Assembly: GCA_951406725.2 (NCBI GenBank) | Contig: OX597829.1 | Location: 27,218,001-27,282,000 of the forward strand | Source: Octopus vulgaris | Taxonomy: Eukaryota | Length of the DNA stretch: 64,000 nt | Direction: 5' to 3' | Part shown: piece by piece, positions 25,771 through 39,485 of the stretch | Position numbering within the stretch: position 1 is the first letter of the stretch | How the letters are laid out: each line of letters begins with the position of its first letter | The notes under the pieces: generated by a model | Told to the model about the DNA's origin: nothing | Seen by the model: only the letters and a program-made list of their open reading frames with translations | Databases searched by the model: none | Position numbers and translations under genes: made by a program

Positions 25771-27339
25771 TATGTATATATATATTAGCAGATTAATTCA
25801 GTCTCACTTGGAATCAAAATGATGAACAGGAAGAACTATAGCTTCTAAGTGAAAATAGTTAGGGGCTGTCATTGGTCAGTCCTGGTCATGTCTTGGAGTT
25901 GACAAGTCAGTGACCTCAGATGCTTTTATTTATTGTTTCATGTGGAACATATAACCTGGCAGTGCAAACTAGCCTTCCATGTGTAAAAAAATTGACATCA
26001 ACATCAACTGCTGATGGAGATGTTTGCCTGCTGCCACTGTTTCACATGACAAGGTTGATAGTGTTGCAATATCAGATATCTTGGCATGTTATGTGGATAT
26101 TTTTGTCGTCTAGTGTACGCGGCAATGGTCAGTGCAAGGAGAATAATCTCAATATGAACAAGCAGGAATTGTGTCCCTTGTATATGCATGCCAATCAGAT
26201 AGAATTAAGGTAATTATTTTTCCTGGGTGTTAGTGGCCAATAATTTGGAGATTGGGTGTTTCTTTGATGGCACCAAAACAATAAGGTTATTTTTCTGGTG
26301 ATGGATCTTGCAGGCTGTTGCAAAATAAGGATCTTCTCACAGATGTAAAGTTGGCAGTTACAGGCTCAATTAAGAAGAGGCCCTATCAAGAATGTCCTAT
26401 GTCATACTGGGTAAGTTGTTTCTTTGGTCCCACAGTGTTCAGGTGAAGATGAACAAAGTAGAGTTTTTCCTTGCCCCTGCACCTGTCTTGATAGTATAAC
26501 TACAACAGAAAAAAAATACACACTCCAGTATCATGCTCCATCCTGCAGCTGCTGATTCCACTAACAGTCCTTTGATAGGATCCTCCTTCTTAAAGGTTGT
26601 CTGTGGTTTATAAAACCAAACTCATAATATGTAATGATATCCTTAGAATATATATATGGTATCCTTAGAAAACTGATTCATTTCAAGGGAAATTTTACAC
26701 AGCATTTCATTGTCACCTGTGATCCCACAGAATATTTTATGCTTTCTTGTTTTACCCAGAGTATATAGAATTCCTGCCTACTTCTTTTCTGTAAAGTGAG
26801 AGCAATAATTTTTCTGATATTATCAGAGGTCTATGTTATGTCCTACTATCTAAAGTTTACTTTGCTCTAATTTTAGATTTTGCTTCTATATCTAAATTCT
26901 CTTCAGTATTACAGATTCAATCGTAGGCCTTAGATTGTTAGTATAGAGGAGTTTCCATAGACATTGTTTAAACTCCTCTGTTCAGGCCTGTGGTACATGT
27001 CAAACAACGGGGTTGAAGACTGAGTCTTAAAGGCTCACTCCCTGCATGCTCAAGTAGTCTCTCACTCACATCTTGCTGAGTGTATCACTGTACAAGATTT
27101 TAAGGGCTGTCAGAAACTATTAATTTAATCCTAACTTCCTAGTGACCACCAGATTAAAGAGTGTGGTACTCTATGAGAAGCCTTCTTCAGGCCAGCAACT
27201 GTTAAGTACAGCAGCTCTTCGTAGTGAAGTATTTTTTTTTTATAGTTGTTTTACTATGAAACATTTGTGCCTGTTTGACATATTATCTTGACTGTATCTC
27301 ATCTTGGCTAATTCTCTTCCTAGTTGTTGTATCTTAATA

Positions 27340-27650
27340 TTTCCAGTAACTTTCATAACCTGATTCATTAACTTGATGCCTTTGTAGTTTGTCCCCTCTA
27401 ATACGTCTCCCTTGCATTGTAACAGCTGATGATGATACTGCTATACCAGTCACTGGATGCAACATCTTCCTTTGCTAAATGATTTAGTGTGTGACTTGTA
27501 TATGACATTGTTCATTTGATATTTTCAGCGACTTACAGGCTAACTCTAACAGACAAGTTGCTTTCTCAATGGTTGGTCCCCCTGTTGAGTTTCCTTGGAG
27601 TAGACCTCTCTCTCTCTCACTTGCATTTTCTTCCTTCAACAACCTTTCAG
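27340..27650 (-). mobile_element. Ancient RTE RT fragment
   Basis: Minus strand DWYSSIIISCY and a YKGIKL-like segment resemble DWCSSIIVNCY..YRGIKL. Confidence 0.6.
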
Positions 27651-27869
27651 GTGTATGCATGTGTGTATTAAGTGGCCCTGCTCTTGATGCTTGCTGGTGT
27701 TGGATATGTATTTATGGGTTGAAATATTTTTGAATTTCTTGTAGAATATAATGCATACCAAAAGTCACTTAATCAATTTCCCTACACTACTCTCCCAACA
27801 TACAAAGCTACATTGCTGCACCTCACTTTTCTGGCATTGTATGTAGTTGCCACTAAACACACAATATCT

Positions 27870-28182
27870 TTTATCTTTTATGTGCCTCAGTCACAAAACT
27901 GCAGCCATGCTAGGGCATTACCCTAAAGAACTTTAGTCAAAGCAATTGACCGTTAGCACTTATTTTCTTTTCAAGCCAAGTACTTATTCTATCAGTCTCT
28001 TTAGCTGAACCACTAAGCTAGGTGATGCAAGCACACCAACACTGGTTGTCAAGCAGTGGTGAAGGACAAACAGACTCATACACACACGCTTGCACGCGCG
28101 CACGCACACACACACACACACGCTCGTGCACGCGCACACACACACACACACACACACATGGACTTCTTTCAGTTTCTGTTTC
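27870..28182 (-). mobile_element. SINE family A, 3' portion, old
   Basis: gcagccatgctagggca, tacttattctatcagtctct, ggttgtcaagc, cttctttcagtttc. Confidence 0.75.
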
Positions 28183-28431
28183 TGAAATCTTCAACTCCTC
28201 TTCTAACTGCATCATTCTCTTCCTCACATTTCCTCTTCGTAAATTATGATTGTGTTTCCAATCCCCCTTTCTTACCCTCACTATCCTGCTCCCTGTATCG
28301 CTGCTTCCCACATCCCCAACACCCACACCCTATTTCTCTAATCAGCTTCTAAGTTCATATTCTTGTTACTTGTATACCCTGGTACTACACCATCTTTCTT
28401 TTGCTCTCTCTTACACTTTTGTTGTTTCCTA

Positions 28432-28553
28432 CTCTCTCTCTCTCTGTCTCTCTGTCTCTCTCTGTCTCTCTGTCTCTCTCTGTCTCTCTCTGTCTCTCTG
28501 TCTCTCTGTCTCTCTCTGTCTCTCTGTCTCTCTCTGTCTCTCTGTCTCTCTCT
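28432..28553. repeat. (CT)/(CTCTGT)n microsatellite
   Basis: Directly visible. Confidence 0.95.
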
Positions 28554-28894
28554 CACTCCTATTGTTTTTCCTCTGACAAGGTAACCAAGTATCTCCTTTA
28601 CATCAGCACACTTGTTTCTGGCCTCTTTCTTGTACCTCTCACTAATTCTCTATCTTACTAGGTAACCATGTACCTCCTCTATAGCAAGACATCTATTTCT
28701 GCCTCTCTATTTCTCTGTTACACTCTAACCTTTCATCATCTGATTCTGGATCATCTCCTCTAATCTTCTCTCTATTGTGGCAAGACATATGCTTCTGTCT
28801 CTCTGTCTCTTTGTCATACTCTAATCTTTTATCCTCTGACACAAGTTCCCCTCCTCAAAATGCCTGGCCCCCTCTCTCATAATTCCCTGTCTTG

Positions 28895-29225
28895 TGAGTT
28901 ACTTGGTTACCCAAGTAACTCACAAGTGCTGGTGCCACATTAAAAGCATCTAGTTCACATTGTAATGTGGTTGGCGTTTGGAAGGGCATCTAGCTAAAAA
29001 AATCATACCAAACCAAACCTCGCCTGTGCTAGTGCCATGTAAAAAGCAGTTAGCCCATTCTGCTGAGTGGTTTATGTTAGGAAGTGTATCCAGCTGTTTT
29101 GGATATCCTGGCCAAAACAGACACAGTAACCTCGTAGTTTTCCTCCCTGGTTGGCTCCTGTCAACAGTCCTACCCATGCATGCATGGAAGAGGGACATTC
29201 AAAGATAATGATGATGTTGATGATA
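28895..29225 (+). mobile_element. Old RTE-family 3' end
   Basis: gtggttggcgtttggaagggcatc (duplicated), cccatgcatgcatggaa, (TGA)n. Confidence 0.7.
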
Positions 29226-29308
29226 TATATGTGTATGTGTATGTGTGTAGAAATATTTTTACATACATACACATGCACACACACACACACATACACACAC
29301 TCATGTGT

Positions 29309-29341
<33 letters not shown>

Positions 29342-29529
29342 GCTGAATCTATAGTGGATTTACAGAAGAAACATAACTAAAATCTATAGGGGAATTAGAG
29401 AGGAAATTCCAGGCATGAAAACTTAACATACAATTGAGAGGTCTTATGGTAAACCTGTCAAAGATGAAGGTTTTAAGTATAAACGCTATATGTTAAACAA
29501 TGATGATGATGATGATGATGATGTACCCA

Positions 29530-30230
29530 ATGTAAACTCTGGCCAAACAAGAGATGTGAAATGCAGGGTATTTGAGAATGTAAGCTTCATATGTAATACA
29601 TGCACCGGAGTTGTACATAGGAGTACACCAGAAATAGTTACTCTTAAATGCTTGGAGGACTCACTAGAAGTTGCTGATAGCTTTTGTTACCTTGATGTAA
29701 TTATCATGAGAGGTGGTTGCTCTGAATAAGAAGAGTTTGGAGAAAGTTGAGGGTGCTGCTACCACAGCTGTTGGCAAAGATCTTTTTCCTTAGAGTGAAG
29801 GGCAGATTGCATCACATCTGAGTGTGAAGTGCAATACTGCATTGTAATGAGACATGGGCCTTGGATGCAAAACACTTGAGAAGACTGGAAAGAAGTTAAG
29901 CAAGCTTGCTCCATTGGATGTGCAATGCGAGTGTGCACGAAAGAAATAGTACAAAGATACTGAGTTAAAAACTGGACATGAGAGAAATTAGATGTAGGGT
30001 GCAAGAAGACGGCACTACTATGGGCATATGATGCATGTGAGTGAGGACAGGTGTATAAAGAAGTGTTGGTTACTAGGAGTGGATGAAACTTGCAGAAGTA
30101 GAATACTCAGAAAGACATGGGAAAAGATGAAGACTGAACTCAGGACTTTGAACCTCATGGAGGAGATAGCAAAGGACAAAGATGGCTGGCAAAATGCAGT
30201 TCTTGAGAAGATCTGTCCATGTCAACACGA
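29530..30230 (+). mobile_element. Degraded RTE RT C-terminal fragment
   Basis: FICNTC..LEVADSFCYL..GGCSE; LRVKGRL; [18 protein letters not shown]. Confidence 0.75.
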
Positions 30231-30240
30231 ATATGCTCAA

Positions 30241-30395
<155 letters not shown>

Positions 30396-30551
30396 GGGAG
30401 TAGATCCAAACTTACAAGGAAAAATTAGATTTAGGATTAAATCCAATTTCACAGTATAAATAAATATAAATTAAATTAGAGATAAAACAACTATTAGGCA
30501 ATGGTAATGGCCATGCTCAAATAGTGTTTTATCTCTAATTTAATTTATATA

Positions 30552-30606
<55 letters not shown>

Positions 30607-30608
<2 letters not shown>

Positions 30609-32308
30609 TCCTCATCATCATCGTTTAACGTCCACTTTCCATGCTAGCATGGGCTGAATGATTTGACTGAGGACTGCCGAACCAGATGGCTGTACCAGGC
30701 TCCAATCTGATCAGGCAGAATTTCTACAGCTGGATGCCCTTCCTAACGCCAACCACTCTGAGAGTGTAGTGGGTGCTTTTACGTGCCACCGGCTTCAGGG
30801 CCAGTCAGGCAGTACTGGCAATGGCCATGCTCAAATAGTGTTTTTTACATGCCACCTGCAAGGAACCAGTCCAGTGGCATTGGCAACGACCTCGCTCGAA
30901 TGTTTTTTCACATGCTGCTGGCACAAGTGCCAGTAAGGTGACACAGGTAACGATCACATTTGAATGGTGCTTTTAACATGTCACCAGCACAGAAGCCAGT
31001 TTGCTGCTCTGGCAATGATCACACTTGGATGGTGCTCTTAGTGCCCCACTAGCGTGGATGCCAGTCATCGAATTTGATTTCGATTTCGATTTCACTTGCC
31101 TCAACAGGTTTTCGCAAGTAGAGTTTAGTGTCCAATGAAGGAAAGGTACGCATAAGTGGGCTGGTTACACCCCTGGCATAGGCCATGAGGTTGTAGTCTC
31201 ACTTGACTTGCCGAGTCTTCTCAAGCACAGCATATTTCCAAAGGTCACTAGTCATTGCCTCGGTGAGGTCTAATATTCATGCTTCACCACCTCATCCCAG
31301 GTCTTTCTGGGTCTACCTCTTCCACAGGTTCCCTCAACCACTAGAGTGTGATACTTTTTCACACAGCTATCCTCATCCATTCTCACCACATATCCATACC
31401 AGCGCAGCCATCTCTCTTGCACACCACATCTGATGCTTCTTAGGTCCAACTTTTCTCTCAAGGTACTTACACTCTGTTGAGTATGCACACTGACATTACA
31501 CATCCATTGGAGCATACTGGTTTCATTATTTGCAAACTTACATATGTCCTCAGCAGTCATGGCCCATGTTTCACTGCCATGTAGCATAGCTGTTCATACA
31601 CATGCGTCATACAATCTGCCTTTTACTCTGAGTGAGAGGACCTTTGTTGCCAGCAGAGGTAAGAGCTCTCTAAACTTTGTCCAGGCTATTCTTATTCTTG
31701 CAGCAACACTTTCTGCACACCCTCTCCTGCTACTGACTTGGTCACCTAGGTAACGGAAGCTATCAACTACTTCTAGTTTTTCTCCCTGGAATGTGGTGGA
31801 AGTTGCTCTCTACACATTTTCAGTGTTTATTGCTCCTGAGCATCTGCCACATACAAAAACTATCTTCCCAGTTAGCCTTCCTTTGATATTGCTGCCCTTC
31901 TTATGTGTCCATAGCTTACACTGGGTACATCTTATAGAGTTTATACCTATGCCTTTTCTACAGATTAAACAGGATCAACTACCTGAAGGGATTTGTGGTT
32001 TGCCTGCCTTCCTACTTATTAGGACTTTGGTTTTAGCTAGGTTGACTCTAAGGCCCTTCAATTCTAATCATTGTTTCCACACCTGATACTTCTCTAGTTC
32101 TGATAGTGACTCAGCAATTAGGTCATCAGCATAGAGTAAGGTCATCAGCATAGAGGAGCTCCCAGGGGCATCCTGTCTTGCATTCCTCTTTTATTGCCTG
32201 GAGGACTATGATAAATAGGAGTGGCTGAGGACTGAACCTTGGTGGACCACTACCTCTACCTGGAATTCTTCACTGTACTCGTTGCCAACCCTCACCTTAC
32301 TGACAGTG
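30607..32308 (-). mobile_element. 5'-truncated RTE LINE copy
   Basis: MLHGSETW..WLRWYGY..GRGRPRKTW; PHD region at ~31845-31975; 3' UTR and tail at 30607. Confidence 0.93.
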
Positions 32309-32341
32309 CTTTTGTTTACATGCCACCGGCACAAGTGCCTG

Positions 32342-32577
32342 TAAGGCGATGTTGGTAATGATCACACTCAGATGGTGCTTTTTACGTAAATACCAGTAAT
32401 TATTAAAATATATATAACGTAGAACATAGAAAGTAGAATAGTTTCTTACAGCTGTTTCAGCCAAGAAACAGCTGTATGAAACTATTCTACTTTCTATGTT
32501 CTACGTTATATTTTAATAATTACTGGTATTTACGTAAAAAGCACCATCTGAGTGTGATCGTTACCAATGTTGCCTTA
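32342..32577. repeat. ~115-bp-arm palindrome with 6-nt spacer, plus a 59-bp tandem duplication extending to 32636
   Basis: ...ttacagctgtttc-agccaa-gaaacagctgtatgaaact... arms are reverse complements. Confidence 0.92.
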
Positions 32578-32970
32578 ATTACTGGTATTTACGTAAAAAG
32601 CACCATCTGAGTGTGATCGTTACCAATGTTGCCTTACTGGCACTTGTGCCAGTGACATGTGAAAAAACATTCAAGCGAGGTCATTGCCAGTGCCGCTGGA
32701 CTGACTCCTGTGCAGGTGGCACATAAAAAATACCATTTTGAGCTTGGCCATTGCCAATACCGCCAGACTGGCCCTCGTGCAGGTGGCATGTAAAAGCACC
32801 CACTACACTCTCGGAATGGTTGGTGTTAGGAAGGGCATCAAGCTATAGAAACTCTGCCAGATCAGACTGGAGTCTGGTGCAGCCATCTGGTTCACCAGAC
32901 CTCAGTCAAATCGTCCAACCCATGCCAGCATGGAAAACGGACGTTAAACGATGATGATGATGATAATGAT
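32530..32970 (+). mobile_element. RTE 3' UTR copy, opposite orientation to 30607-32308
   Basis: aaagcacccactacactctcgg, ttaggaagggcatc, ggacgttaaac(gat)n. Confidence 0.9.
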
Positions 32971-33664
32971 GTCTGTATATTGTTATGATTGTTTTTTGTT
33001 TTTTTTAATAAATAAGTAGACATAATATAATGTCTAAAAGTTGATGAATACCACCTCTTGATCCCCTATATTTTCTTATATATATATATATATATATGCA
33101 CAATTGGTTCCTCCATTCAATTCTTTCCTTCTCAAGATAACCACCACCCATTACCTCTCTAACTGCTGTTCTTCCTTGATACAGCTTTTAATCCTGCTCA
33201 GAACCACTTCACTTGTCACCCATTGTTCTTATCTCCACTTAATTCTTATCTCCACTCATACTTTTATTGATCACCCCCTCACTGTACCATCAAATTATCT
33301 CCTCCACCACCACACGCACCCATACAACCCATCTTCCTCATACAAAGTACATGCTTCTCCTTCTTCTCCATCAACTCCTACAACTTAACCTCATAACCAC
33401 CAGCTTTCTTTTATCCCCCTGTTCACTGCCCTGAATAAGACATCCCAACTCTTCCCACTCATTTGCCCTATTCATTCCTAATTGTCCTGTATCTTGAGAG
33501 TTCACTGTGACACTTAATCACCAATTCTTAGCTTCCCCTCCCTCTCTTCTAAAGCATGAATAGTGCTGTAGCTCCTTTTCAACAAGAGACCTATCTGCTT
33601 GTTTCTGCTCTTTTTTCTCATGCTTTACCCCTCTCTACTTCTTGTTCTCCTAGCATAAAGTTCC

Positions 33665-33895
33665 AATTCAAGGACTGTGGTCTTGCAAGTTGCATGGCAA
33701 TCGCATTAGTGCTGGCGGTATGAAAAAAAACAAAACAAAAACACCCAGTACACACTGTAAAGTGACTGGCATTAAGAGGGGCACCTAGCCATAGAAACCA
33801 CGCCATACTGACACTGGAAAACAATTTAGTCCTTGAGGCCATTGGATACTGTCATCCAACCCATGCCAGTATGGAACATAGACATTAAATGATTA
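33665..33895 (+). mobile_element. Old RTE-family 3' end
   Basis: acccagtacacactgtaaagtgactggcattaagagggg..ccaacccatgccagtatggaa..gacattaaatga. Confidence 0.6.
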
Positions 33896-33934
33896 TATAT
33901 GTGTGTGTGTGTATATATATATATATATACACAC

Positions 33935-34737
33935 ACACATACATAAACGACATACAGACAGGATACACTGGCCAGGAGGAATTGAAATCCCTGAATCAAA
34001 GTCAGTGCATGACCTGGGCATTGACATGAGCAATGATGCATCTTTCCAAGTGCATATTACCAATTTAGTAGTAAAATGCAGACGGCTGGCTTGCTGGATC
34101 CTCCAAACTTTCAAAACAAAAGAAAAGGAGACAGTGATGATCCTCTGGAGGACATACATTCTCAGTCGCTTAGACTATTGCTCCCAACTATGATCACTAC
34201 TCAATAAAAAATCCACGGTGGAACTTGAAGCAATCCAATGAAGCTACACTGAAAAAATTGTCTTAATGCAACATGTCAGCTGCTGGGAAAGACTTAGAGA
34301 ATTAAAACTCTTCTCCCTGGAACGAAGGTGGGAAAATATGCAGTGATATACATCTGGAAAATCCTAGAAGGCCTTGTACCAAACTGCAGAACAGGGTGCC
34401 ACTGCATAGTCCAAAGATCACCATCAAAATATAGGACCAGATACTGCAACCGCTTGGGCTTCAAGGGCCCACAGCACTTTAATAACTTTCCAAAATGCCG
34501 GAGAGACCTGCATGATGTGGATGTAAATGTCTTTAAAACAAAATTGGATCTCTTCCTGTTACGGGTTTCAGATGAGCCTACCTCATGGCAGGAAACACAG
34601 ATGAGGGCAGCAGCATCAAACTCCCTCATTGACCAAATGCCACATATCAAATAATGGTGTACCTCAGTCAATGGTGGTGCTCCAGCATGACTGCTGCTTT
34701 GCAGCTGAAAAACTTCAAAATAGTAAAATAAAATAGT
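33935..34737 (+). mobile_element. CR1-group LINE 3' fragment (RT C-terminus and 3' end)
   Basis: SVHDLGIDM..ILQTFKT..YILSRLDYCSQL*..LEAIQ..WERLRELKLFSLERR..IWKILEGLVPN..FKTKLDLFL; tail ggtggtgctccagcatg..gctgaaa. Confidence 0.8.
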
Positions 34738-34862
34738 ATATATATATATATACTTTCCCTATGGTTTAACATGATGACTAGAAACAAACAACCCCACTTG
34801 TATAATAATGAAGCTAACTTACAAACATGTGGTGCCTAGACAAGGGTTCATGCAAACACATA

Positions 34863-34910
<48 letters not shown>

Positions 34911-36190
34911 CACACACACAGAGCAAGCTTCTTTTACTTTCTATCCATCAAATCCACTTACAAAGCTTTGGTCAACCCAAAGCTTATAATAGAAGACACT
35001 TGCCCAAGGTGCTACACAATGGGACTGAACCCAAGCCTTACATGGTTGAGAAGCCTTAACTATATAGCCATATCTAAGTCTATAAAATCTATTTTTCATT
35101 CACATTCACTTATATCAATGTATCTTATCAACCCCTTTGTTTTGTGTGTTTGAGGTTTCTTCAGCTTGATATACCGCTAACCTCAAGTTGAGTATCTGAT
35201 CTAATGGGCTAGATCCTGTATTTTTGCATGCACAATCTGAAGTTATCTGCTTGGTTAGTTTGCTTGAAATGATAATCTGCTTCCATTTTGGATTACCATT
35301 ATATTTTAAGTGGAACATTTGAAAATTATAAACTATAAACTCACGAAACCTAAGATAGTGTCAAAAAACCCACAAATAAATAATATAAATATTATCCACA
35401 CACAGGCAAAAAAGAAAGAAGATAAACTTTCATCTAAGAGTGGATCAGAACAGCTGAAACAACTAATATGGCTAATATTTTGTTTAAGTAAATAGCATCA
35501 AACACACACGCTCACTCATTCACTTGCTCATTCATTCACCCACCCACTCACTCACCCAAGCCCACCCACTCACTTATTCACACTACCTTTCTCTCTGCCT
35601 CAAATTTTTATTGGGAGCTATCATTCTTAAAAATTAAAGACTTGTTCTCTTTGGTCGGATACCATCTCTTTTGCCAACTACTTTACTGTGTGTACTGGAT
35701 ACACTTTCTCGTGTGGCCAGAGAGGCTAAATAGCTCTTAACAAAACAGGACTAAATGGATCTCACTACCCAATACTTTTTCTGATCATTTGCTGACCACT
35801 TTACATTATGTATTGAGAATATTTTCTGAGGTACCATCACTAGGGAGGTAACCTTCCTCCCCAATTACCTGTAGAAGGAGTATGTTCTGTTGTGGAACCA
35901 GTGTCCTGTCTTGTACTCAGTACACATAAGGAGTACCACTAATCTAAGGTGTGTAGACCAAGGAGGGGAACATGATAAATAACAATGATAGTAGAAAGGC
36001 CAGAAGTGGGTAGTTGAGAGAGGGAATAAGAATGTAACTGTGGAAAGTACTTAACTCACAGTGTATGTATTTGCCCAGATGACCTAGAACGGTATAGGAG
36101 ATAGAGAGAGAGAACAAGATATCAGAATGAATGGAAGGGTTCAAGAGTATGATGGTGGAGTGGAGTGGGGGTAAAGGCAGGGATATTTTA

Positions 36191-36412
36191 GGCGGTGAGA
36201 TGGCAGAAACGTTAGCACGCCGGGCGAAATGCGTAGCCGTATTTCGTCTGCCATTACGTTCTGAGTTCAAATGCCGCCGAGGTCGACTTTGCCTTTCATC
36301 CTTTCATCCTAAGTACCAGTTACGCATTGGGGTTGATGTGATTGACTTAATCCCTTTGTCTGTCCTTGTTTGTCCACCCTATGTTTAGGCCTTTGTGGGC
36401 AATAAAGAAATA
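36191..36412 (+). mobile_element. SINE family B (Meta-domain-like)
   Basis: ggcggtgagatggcagaaacgttagc head, GAGTTCAAATGCC B box, TSD agggatatttta. Confidence 0.9.
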
Positions 36413-36759
36413 AGGGATATTTTAGGGAAAATTCAGAATGAATTTGAGGTGGACAAAGGTAAAGATGGATGATGAGATATAGGCAAGAGAAGCCATTGTA
36501 TGACAATACAAGAGATCCAGAAGAGAAAACATGCTGGTCGGTAGTACAGCAGGACAAAGATAGAGTGTATTGGGCAGTGGATGGTGAGGGTAACCCAATG
36601 CAGCCTCTGATATGTGAAGTTAGTGAAGGGTGAAGGAGTTAGAGTGAAGCAAAGCAGATGCTGCAGTCTGCACAGGTGGTGGGGAGCTGGGAGATGGTGG
36701 GCTATAAGTCACAAAGAGATGGGCAATAAGTCGAGTGAGAAATAGATAGATGAGGAGGC

Positions 36760-36801
<42 letters not shown>

Positions 36802-37360
36802 CAATAAACAGGCTTGGCAGGGTAGAAAAATATACAAAAGTTATATTACTACTTCTAAACACTAGTTTTGTATCAAGGTACCTTTTGGATTGGCTGTGAG
36901 AAGACACATCTGGCCAGTTTGAATGTGAAACAGGTGGAATATTTTGACTGGATATGGTTGGTTTAAATGCTTTAGGATTAAAGTTTGATAGAAGAACACG
37001 AAAAAAGGTCTTTTTGTAGAGGGGATACATTGCTATCCCAGTAGGAAAGGGAAAAAAGAAGGTAGACATGAGGTGTCGAGGTGTACCCTCAAGGTACAAG
37101 GAAGTGGGTAAAGAAGGTGCCTATAAAGAGAGAATAGGCATAGAGAATCATGGATAGCCAGGTGGCTATGTTTGTAAGTGTGTGAAAGGAGAGTGACAGA
37201 TGGTTAGAGATGAGGATAGAGGTAAATGCAGTGAATAGTGAACATGGGTGGAGCGGTCAGTGGATAATATCAGTTTGAGGAAGGAAAAGATGTGAAGGGG
37301 TCAGAAAAGGGGAGGTGATGAGAGGTGGCACTATGTTAAACGAGGGATAAGCGAATAGAT

Positions 37361-37590
37361 ACTCTTTTACTTGTTTCAGTCATTTGACTGTGGCCATGCT
37401 GGAGCACCACCTTTAGTTGAGCAAATCGACCCCAGGACTTATTCTTTGTAAGCCTAGTATTTATTCTGTCAGTCTCTTTTGCTGAACCACTAAGTTACTA
37501 GGACATAAACACACCAGCATCAGTTGTCAAGCGATGTTGGGGGGACAAACACAGACACACAAACATATGCACACGCATACATATATATAG
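37361..37590 (-). mobile_element. SINE family A, 3' portion
   Basis: Very similar to 18331-18560. Confidence 0.88.
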
Positions 37591-39365
37591 TAGGGGATTA
37601 TTGTCGAGAATGGGAAGTTGGTGACAAAGGAATCGGTTCCAAATAGAAGGATAGCTTGTAGTAGAAAAGAAGAATGGAATATGTGCAGTTCTGATCTCAT
37701 ATAATTATAGTGGTTGAGCACTATAGCTAATCTCATATAATTATAGTGGGTGTAGTTAGAACAGAGAAGGAGAGATGTTTATTATGAAGATGAGTTGTAG
37801 GGAAGTCTTGACAAATTCAGTAACTTTACAACAAATTTATGTATATTAATATCTGAGTGCAGAGCCTAGATATTGATATATTAATGCCTATTTCCTACCC
37901 TGAGTATTTACTCATAGTGCATGCCTGATATATACATGTGTGTGTTTATCTTTCAATAAGGAACTGAAAAGCCAGTTTCATATCTATATCACTGTGTAAT
38001 TTTTTAAATGTGATCAAAAAGCTGTTGTTAATAAAAAAAAAGCATAATAAAAAATAAATAATAAATAAAGGTTTATCTTAATTTATCTATTCATTTAAAA
38101 ATGCGAGATTTTATTTATATATTTAATTCATATACAAGTAATGAAAAAGAGAACAATTTAGGAAAATAGGTCAGCGTGACATATTTATAAAATAATCTGT
38201 TTTATCTTCAAAATCGATTTGATTATCGCTTCTAGTATAGAAACAAAGCTAGAAACTTAAGTAAGAGAGGGTGAGTGAATTAAAACTCAAGTAATAGGGG
38301 CCATAAAGAATACCCGAAGGCGTTTTGTTGAAAGTTTTACAATATGGCTAATCCAACTCCTTAAATTGACTTAATAATATTTATAACATAATCATAAAAT
38401 TTCTTTTTATAGTTTATTTTAATAATTTAAGAATAATTCTTTTGACCTAAAATTTAAATATCAAGTTTTAAAAAGAAAGAATACTTTTGCAATCAATATT
38501 ATTTATTCAATGAAAATCTCTTAGAATTCAAGGAGATTTGCATTTTTCCAATAGAATTTTTTCAACAGAAAACTTTGTTTTTTTCACTTCAAACTGATGT
38601 ACATTAAGCTAACAAACTCGACCTAAATATAATAACAGCTAAATCCATTTCAAATTAAACTTAAGGTCATAAGAAAAGAAGTAAAGCAGATGATAAAATG
38701 TAATTCTCAAAGCCCTGTGTCTGAAGAGAAAAGCTGGTATGGTTTCAGCAAGAACATTTTAAAACTAGATCTGCTGAATCAGGCTTGAACTGAGACTTAG
38801 CAACAACAACAACTAAAAGAGTCCATTTTTGATTATTCTGAAGAATGTTGTTAACATTTACAAAATTTTTGCGTTGCCCTTATTTCAGTCTTTCCATTCA
38901 TTTTGTGTTATTTTAAAAATAGACAGGCAATATATTTGTACAAAATGATTGAAGTCAGTTTGATTGCAGAGAGATGTCAGAGACACCATAATGTGTGAAG
39001 AACAATAACAGCTTGTATCTTGGCTTTGGTAGCACCTTCTTATTTTTTCTCTTCTTCCATACTACTGATCTCCTTCAGGCATTCCCAAAAAATGAATTCA
39101 TTTGGGTTGTTGGTTTGAATTTCAATGATCTCTTCACAGAAAGAGGATTGTCAAGTTATATAATATTCAATTTTGAAGCTATTTGGAAAAACGTCCTAGA
39201 TGGGTTGTCATTTATGCCAGGACTCCACCTGTCCTTGCTAGTTGTTCATAGTAGGGACAGAGATACCAAGGCATGTCTACACACCAGTGGATCGGCATAT
39301 CTTCTCAAAGAGTCTCTTTGCTGCTCTGTGATTGCAAACCTGGCACCACAGGGTAAGCAGTTACC

Positions 39366-39485
39366 TCATATGACCATTATGAGGCATTGTAAAAATCTTG
39401 GTGTTTGAAAGACTGTATAAAGCAGAAAGAGTCTACACACTTTTCGTTTCATCTCCAGCAAAAAAGAGTTACCTGGTGACAGTAG
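39366..39485 (-). other. Possible host exon (39 codons then stop), unknown gene
   Basis: Acceptor tttctcccttttcag| followed by LLSPGNSFLLEMKRKVCRLF..; lies in a ~2-kb repeat-free island; no recognisable homology. Confidence 0.2.

Noticed and set aside
38995-39408. 137-aa plus-strand ORF
   Set aside because: Non-ATG start, no recognisable motif, no convincing splice context
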